A stretch of DNA of 64,000 bases, from the NCBI GenBank assembly GCA_028826165.1, contig JAPDFW010000104.1, positions 162,985-226,984 of the forward strand, given 5' to 3'. Below are positions 52,388-64,000 of the stretch, in pieces. Made by a program: the position numbers and the translations under genes. Each line of letters starts with the position of its first letter. Positions within the stretch are counted from its first letter, which is position 1. The notes under the pieces were generated by a model, which was not told where the DNA came from, searched no databases, and was given only the letters and a program-made list of their open reading frames with translations. The stretch comes from Anaeramoeba ignava BMAN (Eukaryota; Protista; Anaeramoebae).

Positions 52388-54100
52388 ATGAAAAGAAAAG
52401 ATATTAGAATTTTTGGATTTAATACTTTTTCAAAAATTCTTAAAAATTCATCTTCAAAAATTAAAAAACCAATCCAAATAAATTTAAAAAAAGAATATCA
52501 AATTAAACAAATAATAGGAAGTGATTCAATATTTGTTCTTTATCAAAATGGCAAAGCAGAAGAATATAAAACAAATTCCAAAAAAAAAATATCAATTAGA
52601 AATGAAAAGATTGAAAAGATATCAACAGGAAACAAAATCATATCAATTCTAACAAATGAAAAAAAAGTTTATTTATCAGGAAATATCATCACTAAATCAG
52701 AAAAACAATCTCAAAATGAATTTATCAATATTTCCAAAAGAATTGAAGATCCTGAAGATCAAAATGTGAATGATGTGATTTGTGGAGCTTTTTCAGTTTA
52801 TTTATTAACCTCAAAAGGAAATGTTTATGGAATTGGAGAAAATGGATTTGGACAACTTGGAAATAATTTAAATGATCAAAAAAAACAAGCAATTTTAATG
52901 ATGAAAGATGTTTCTAAAGTTTTTACAGGAAATTCATCAAGTCATGTTTTTATTTTGAATTCAAAAAAAGAGTTGTTTGGATGTGGGAATAATAGCTATG
53001 GTCAACTTGGATTAGATACATCAATTCAAAAAATTAGTGAACTTACAAAACTTAAAAATATTCCTAAAGGCAAAATAATTGATATTCAATGTGGAAATGC
53101 TCATTCAATAATGCTAATTTCAGGAGAAGATGGGAAAAGAAGAGTTTATTCATGTGGAAATTCAATATCTAATGGGATTTATAATTGTGGTGATATTAAT
53201 TCTTTTACTTTGATTAGATCACCTTTACTTGATAATTTAAATATTGATAGAATTTCAAGTGGGAAAGGACATAGTTTGATATTAACATCAAAAGGGAAAC
53301 TTTTTGCATTTGGGAAAAATGATTTTGGGCAGTTGGGAATTGGGAATAAAAAGAATAAGATTTATCCAGTTGAAATTGAAACTGATAATTTCTGGCTTAA
53401 TGTTTCTAATTATGATATTGGATGTGGATATGAAACATCATTTCTTCATTATTCTTTGATTTCAAATTTAAATGAAGATTTTGTTAATTTTTTTAGAAAT
53501 GGAGAGTTTAGTGATTATTGTTTTGTAACTAAAGATCAGAAGAGGATTCCAGTTCATGATATTATTTTGAGATATAGAATTGGTTCGAGAAATATCACTA
53601 ATCTTAAATTATTAATTCAAAGTAAAGATGAAAAAGAAGCAAAAGAAATATTGGAAATGATTTATGGGAATTATGATATTGATATTGATTCAAAACAAGA
53701 AATGAAGAGATATAAATTTTGGAAAGAAGGATTAAATGAAACAATGAAGAGAATGTATTATGATAAAGAAAGCAAAGATTTCACTATCAAAAGAGGTAAT
53801 AAGAATGTTCTAGTTCATAAATTAGTTTTGATAGCAAGAAGTGAATTATATCGAGGAATGTTTTTATCTGTGACTGAAGATAAATCAAATAAAGTTACAG
53901 ATTATAGTGAATTAAGTGATGAAGCTTTTGAAATTTTGATTTATTATTTATATACAAATGAAATTAAAGATAATGGATTTAAATTGACAAAAGAGATTAG
54001 AAATGAATTAGAAATAGCAATGGATTATTTTCAATTAAATGAATCTGTACCTAATTTAGTTACAATTGCTAATGAATTACATAATCAAAAATATAAATAA
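52388..54100 (+). CDS. RCC1-like + tandem BTB protein (divergent paralog D)
   Basis: Same architecture; shares RSELYRGMFLSVTED.SNKVTDYSELS and DYFQLN with A-C. Confidence 0.9.
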   Translation: MKRKDIRIFGFNTFSKILKNSSSKIKKPIQINLKKEYQIKQIIGSDSIFVLYQNGKAEEYKTNSKKKISIRNEKIEKISTGNKIISILTNEKKVYLSGNIITKSEKQSQNEFINISKRIEDPEDQNVNDVICGAFSVYLLTSKGNVYGIGENGFGQLGNNLNDQKKQAILMMKDVSKVFTGNSSSHVFILNSKKELFGCGNNSYGQLGLDTSIQKISELTKLKNIPKGKIIDIQCGNAHSIMLISGEDGKRRVYSCGNSISNGIYNCGDINSFTLIRSPLLDNLNIDRISSGKGHSLILTSKGKLFAFGKNDFGQLGIGNKKNKIYPVEIETDNFWLNVSNYDIGCGYETSFLHYSLISNLNEDFVNFFRNGEFSDYCFVTKDQKRIPVHDIILRYRIGSRNITNLKLLIQSKDEKEAKEILEMIYGNYDIDIDSKQEMKRYKFWKEGLNETMKRMYYDKESKDFTIKRGNKNVLVHKLVLIARSELYRGMFLSVTEDKSNKVTDYSELSDEAFEILIYYLYTNEIKDNGFKLTKEIRNELEIAMDYFQLNESVPNLVTIANELHNQKYK

Positions 54101-54129
54101 ATCAACTTAAATTTATTTTCAATTTTAAT

Positions 54130-54865
54130 TAATAAATATATTAATAATAAATATAATAAATATATTAATAATAAATATAATAAATATATTAATAATAAAT
54201 ATAATAAATATATTAATAATAAATATAATAAATATATTAATAATAAATATAATAAATATATTAATAATAAATATATTAATAATAAATATAATAAATATAA
54301 TAAAAATATAATATTAATAAATAATAAAATATAAATATAATAAATATAATAATAATAAATATAATAAATATATTAATAATAAATATAATAAATATATTAA
54401 TAATAAATATAATAAATATATTAATAATAAATATAATAAATATAATAATAATAAATATAATATATAAAATATAATAAATAATAAATAATAATATATATAA
54501 TAATAATAAAATAATAAATATATTAATAATAAATAATAAATAAATATAAATAATAACAAATAATAATAAATATAATATAATAAAATATCAAATATAATAT
54601 TAATAAATAAATATAATAAATATAAATTAATAATAAATATAATAAATATATTAATAATAAATATAATAAATATATTAATAATAAATATAATAAATATATT
54701 AATAATAAATATAATAAATATAATAAAAAAAAGTGGAATAAAAGAATTAATTGATTATTTAAATTAAAAAAAAGTGGAATAAATATATTAATAATAAATA
54801 TAATAAATATAATAAATATATTAATAAAAAAAAGTGGAATAAAAGAATTAATTGATTATTTAAAT
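54130..54865. repeat. Almost pure A/T ~24-bp tandem repeat 3' of the tRNA, with three AAAAAAGTGGAATAAA motifs
   Basis: Unit AATAAATATATTAATAATAAATAT. Confidence 0.85.
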
Positions 54866-54907
54866 TAAAATTAAAAAAAATAATAAAAAAAAAAAAATAA
54901 ATAAATA

Positions 54908-54980
54908 CTCCCGAGGCCGGGCTCGAACCGACGACATTTGGATTAAGAGTCCAACGCTCTACCGACTGAGCTACACGGGA
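54908..54980 (-). tRNA. tRNA-Lys (anticodon CTT)
   Basis: TCCCGTGTAGCTCAGTCGGTAGAGCG-TTGGA-CT-CTT-AA-TCCAA-ATGTC-GTCGG-TTCGAGC-CCGGC-CTCGGGAG: 73 nt, A/B boxes, downstream oligo-T. Confidence 0.96.
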
Positions 54981-55152
54981 TATTTTAAATTTAAATTTTA
55001 ATTTATTTTTTTTAATTTAAATTTTTTTTTTAAAAATTACATTATTTATATTAATATTTTAAAATTTATTTTTTTTTAATTTTTTTTAATTTAAATTTAA
55101 ATTGTTTTATTTTTATTTGATTTCTACAACAAATTAATTAAATAATCTTTTC

Positions 55153-58102
55153 TTATTTAATTTCTAAATCATTTTCTTTTAAATTTTCATTATTATCTTC
55201 ATCTAAAATTAAATCATTATCTTCATTTAAATTTTCATTTAAATTTTCATTTAATTTTTCTAAATCATTTTCAATTAAATTTTCTTTTAAAATTTCTGAT
55301 TTTAAATTTATTGTTTTTTGATATTTTTGATAAAATTCAATTATTTGTAATTTTTTTTCTGGCCAACATTTAGATTCTGGTTTTAAAACTTGTATTTTTA
55401 AAGATTCAAGTTCATTTTCTGAAATAAAACTTTTAAAACTAAAATTTGTTTTTGGATTTTTTGAACAAAAAACTTCTTTCCAATTTCCACAACATCCATG
55501 TGAAAAAGGATTTTCTCTTGCTTGATATCTATTTTTGATCTATTTTTTATTAATTTAAATATATTTTTAGATTTAAATATATTTTTAGATTTAAATATAT
55601 TTTTGGATTTAAATATATTTTTAGATTTAAATATATTTTTGGATTTAAATATATTTTTGGAATTTAAATATATTTTAGATTTAAATATATTTTTAGATTT
55701 AAATATATTTTTTGGATTTAAATATATTTAGATTTAAATATATTTTTTATAGATTTATTTATATTTTTTGATTTAAATATATTTTTAGATTTAAATATTA
55801 TTTTTGGATTTAAATATATTTTTGGATTTAAATATATTTTTTGGATTTAAATATATTTTAGATTTAAATATATTTTTAGATTTAAATATATTTTTAGATT
55901 TAAATATATTTTTGGATTTAAATATTTTTTTGGATTTATTTACAAATTCTCGAGTTGTTAAATTTTGAGAAATTAAACCAAAATGAAAAAATGATAAATT
56001 TGTTGTTGGCCAAGCAGTAAAAAGTAAAAATATAGCAAAGATCAATCTATTTTAAAATTGAATATAAAATTGAATATAAAATTGAATATAAAATTAATTT
56101 TGTTTATAAAGAGAAAATAAGTACGTTTCAGGAGCTTTTTTTGTAGCTTCACTAAAAGCATCAAAACCATCAAAATCAGCGAAATTTTTTTTTGTAAGTA
56201 AACTTAATAATACAAGAGAAAAAACGATAATAAAATATTCAGAAAAAGTGATTAAAAAAACAAATAAAGCAAAATAACGATAATTTCTTAAACCAACATC
56301 ACTTCCAACCCAAGGACCTTTTGAATTTGTTTTGAAAACCAAAATCGAAAAAATTTTGGAATTGAATTGATATATTAAATTAAATTGAAAAATGAAAATG
56401 AATTATTAATAATTGATTCCATTTTTTTTAGTTGATTTTTTTCTCTTTTTTTTTTTTTACAATGATGATCAAATTTTTCAACACATTGATCACATCTTCT
56501 ACAATGAGAAGTTCTTGGAGGTCGATAAATATTGCAAGTTTCTTTTCATTTTTAATATTGATTTTTAATATTGATTTTTAGAATTGATTTTTAATATTGA
56601 TTTTGTTGTTGTTTTTTTACCACAATAAAATAAACGATATTTGTCTCCATTAATTTGAACATCTTTTGAAGATGTTGGATAAACAATTTGATTCTTTGAT
56701 TTTGATTTTTGCTATAACAATTGTTTCCAAATTGATTTTGATTTATATTTATATTTAGATTTAGATTTAGATTTAAATTTAGATTTTGATTTATATTTAT
56801 ATTTATATTTATATTTATATTTATATTTATATTTTGATTTAGATTTAGATTTTAGATTTAGATTTAGATTTAGATTTAGATTTAGATTTATATTTATATT
56901 TATATTTATATTTTGATTTAGATTTAGATTTAGATTTAGATTTAGATTTAGATTTAGATTTTAATTTTAATTTTGATTTTGATATTGATATTGATTTATA
57001 TTTAGATTTATATTTATATTTAGATTTAGATTTAGATTTAGATTTAGATATTGATTTATATTTATATTTAGATTTTGATTTATATTTAGATTTAGATTTT
57101 GATTTAGATTTAGATTTAGATTTAGATTTAGATTTAGATTTAGATTTAGATTTAGATTTAGATTTATATTTAGATTTAGATTTAGATTTATATTTATATT
57201 TAGATTTATATTTAGATTTATATTTATATTTTTATATTTTATATTTATATTTATAATTATATTTATATTTATATTTATATTTATATTTATATTTATATTT
57301 ATATTTTTTTATTTATATTTATATTTATATTTATATTTATATTCATATTTAGATTTAGATTTAGATTTAGATTTATATTTATATTTTATATTTTAGATTT
57401 ATATTTAGATTTAGATTTAGATATATATTTAGATTTAGATTTTGATTTAGATTTAGATTTAGATTTTGATTTATATTTAAATTTAGATTTACATTTATAT
57501 TTATATTTATATTTAGATTTAGATTTAGATTTAGATTTAGATTTTGATTTATATTTAGATTTAGATTTTGATTTATATTTAGATTTTGATTTTGATTTTG
57601 ATTTTGATTTTGATTTTGATTTAGATTTAGATTTATATTTAGATTTAGATTTATATTTATATTTTGATTTTGATTTTGATTTTAATTTTGATTTTGATTT
57701 TGATATTGATTTTGATTTAATAATAAAAATGAAAATTACAACAACTTCTGGTAAAGGACATCTTCTAATAATACCAGGATTAACATAAGCAGTTAATAAC
57801 AGAAAGATATTAACCAATAAAAAGAGGATACCAGCAATAATAATAACATAATAAGATAAAAACTCAATAATTTTCAAACCAACAGAAAAAATAAACGCGA
57901 TCATTGGAACATTAAATAAGACAAAAGTAAAGATAAGCATTCTTATATCAGGGCCAGTAGTGCATGAACCGTTGCAACAAAATCTTATACGACTTGGCCA
58001 CACTCGCCAAAGTGCGATTTGAAGTTTTGCTGAATCATCCCTAACTTCCGGCAATAATGTTTTTTTATCTAATAATGATCGAAGTGAATTTTTTTTTTTC
58101 AT
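55153..58102 (-). CDS. DHHC palmitoyl acyltransferase (ZDHHC9/Erf2-like), 6 exons
   Basis: Spliced: [23 protein letters not shown]|[27 protein letters not shown]|[23 protein letters not shown]|IKNRY..NPFSHG..NW. Confidence 0.92.
55545..55935. repeat. 18-bp minisatellite (TTTTT[A/G]GATTTAAATATA)n inside a DHHC intron (55540-55943)
   Basis: About 20 units. Confidence 0.9.
56735..57720. repeat. (TTTAGA/TTTATA/TTTTGA)n hexamer tract filling DHHC intron 1 (56712-57739)
   Basis: Direct reading. Confidence 0.95.
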
Positions 58103-58249
58103 CTTTTTAATTTATTTTTTTTTATTTAATTTGTTTTATTTTCTTTTCTTTTCAAATTAATGTTTCCAAAAAATTTTATTGTTCTAATTTATTTTAAAAA
58201 AATTAATGATTAAAAAAAAAATGAAAATAATTTTTTTGGTTTTTTTCAA

Positions 58250-58930
58250 TTTTATTTTTGATTTTAATTTTAATTTTATAAATGAATTTAGATTTTAATT
58301 TTGATTTTGATTTTAATTTTAATTTTAATTTTAATTTTAATTTTAATTTTAATTTTGATTTTAATTTTAATTTTAATTTTAATTTTGATTTTAATTATAA
58401 TTTGATAAATGAATTTTGATTTTAATTTTAATTTCAATTTTATTTTAGATTTTAATTTTAATTTTAATTTAGATTTTGATTTTAATTTTAATTTTAATTT
58501 TAATTTTAATTTTAATATTAATTTTTAATTTTATTTTTTGATTTTTGATTTAATTTTATTTTTGATTTTAATTTTAATTTTAATTTTAATTTTATAAATG
58601 AATTTTAATTTTAATTTTAATTTCAATTTTATTTTTAATTTTAATTTTAATTTTAATTTTAATTTTATTTTTAATTTTGATTTTAATTTTAATTTTAATT
58701 TTATAAATGAATTTAGATTTTAATTTTGATTTTAATTTTGATTTTGATTTTAATTTTAATTTTAATTTTATAAATGAATTTTGATTTTAATTTCAATTTT
58801 AATTTAATTTTAATTTTAATTTTAATTTTAATTTTAATTTTATAAATGAATTTTAATTTTAATATTAATTTTAAATTTAATTTTAATTTTATAAATGAAT
58901 TTTAATTTTAATATTAATTTTAAATTTGAT
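58250..58930. repeat. Intergenic (TTTTAA)n tract with ATAAATGAAT interruptions
   Basis: Same compound pattern as the DCTN5 intron. Confidence 0.9.
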
Positions 58931-58954
58931 TTTCTTTTCTTTTGTTTTTTGAAA

Positions 58955-64000
<5,046 letters not shown>

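Noticed and set aside
54908-54980. Suppressor or pseudo-tRNA (T6:T67 mismatch in the acceptor stem)
   Set aside because: The CTT anticodon, arms and Pol III boxes are normal; one mismatch is tolerated.
56735-57720. (TTTAGA)n as an interstitial telomere
   Set aside because: It is mixed with TTTATA/TTTTGA, lacks G-runs, and lies inside an ordinary intron like the other hexamer tracts.

Overview
Very AT-rich, gene-dense eukaryotic DNA with short GT-AG introns, intergenic gaps mostly 50-150 bp, and Asn/Glu/Gln-rich low-complexity inserts. The standard genetic code is used (most genes end in TAA). The composition, the expanded BTB/RCC1/TLDc families and a TCATTT initiator-like motif suggest an anaerobic protist such as the metamonad Anaeramoeba; this is inference only. 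Recognisable genes: an F-box/TMEM185-like protein, two BTB-TLDc proteins, an EF-hand/WD40 protein, FANCD2, three small Pro/Thr-rich type-I membrane proteins, an Fn3-associated-repeat surface protein, DCTN5, a large TPR-like protein, UTP6, a BEACH-WD40-FYVE protein, a cathepsin Z/X-like protease, four RCC1-BTB paralogs, a Ras-BTB-BTB protein, a BTB-ARM protein, tRNA-Lys(CTT), a DHHC palmitoyltransferase and a tandem-PHD protein. The best candidate for an undescribed system is the RCC1-BTB family: a near-invariant scaffold and BTB with hypervariable, mosaic propeller loops and an optional CaaX tail, i.e. a diversified cullin-3 receptor repertoire inside a BTB gene island. Other highlights: a 3-nt microexon next to the catalytic site of a propeptide-less cathepsin Z; two ~154-bp tandem arrays in divergent promoters, one built from a promoter+ATG+signal-peptide unit; a universal Inr-like motif; and a perfect 32-bp palindrome in a bidirectional promoter. 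Many frameshifts, especially at ~21-36 kb, look like homopolymer assembly errors.
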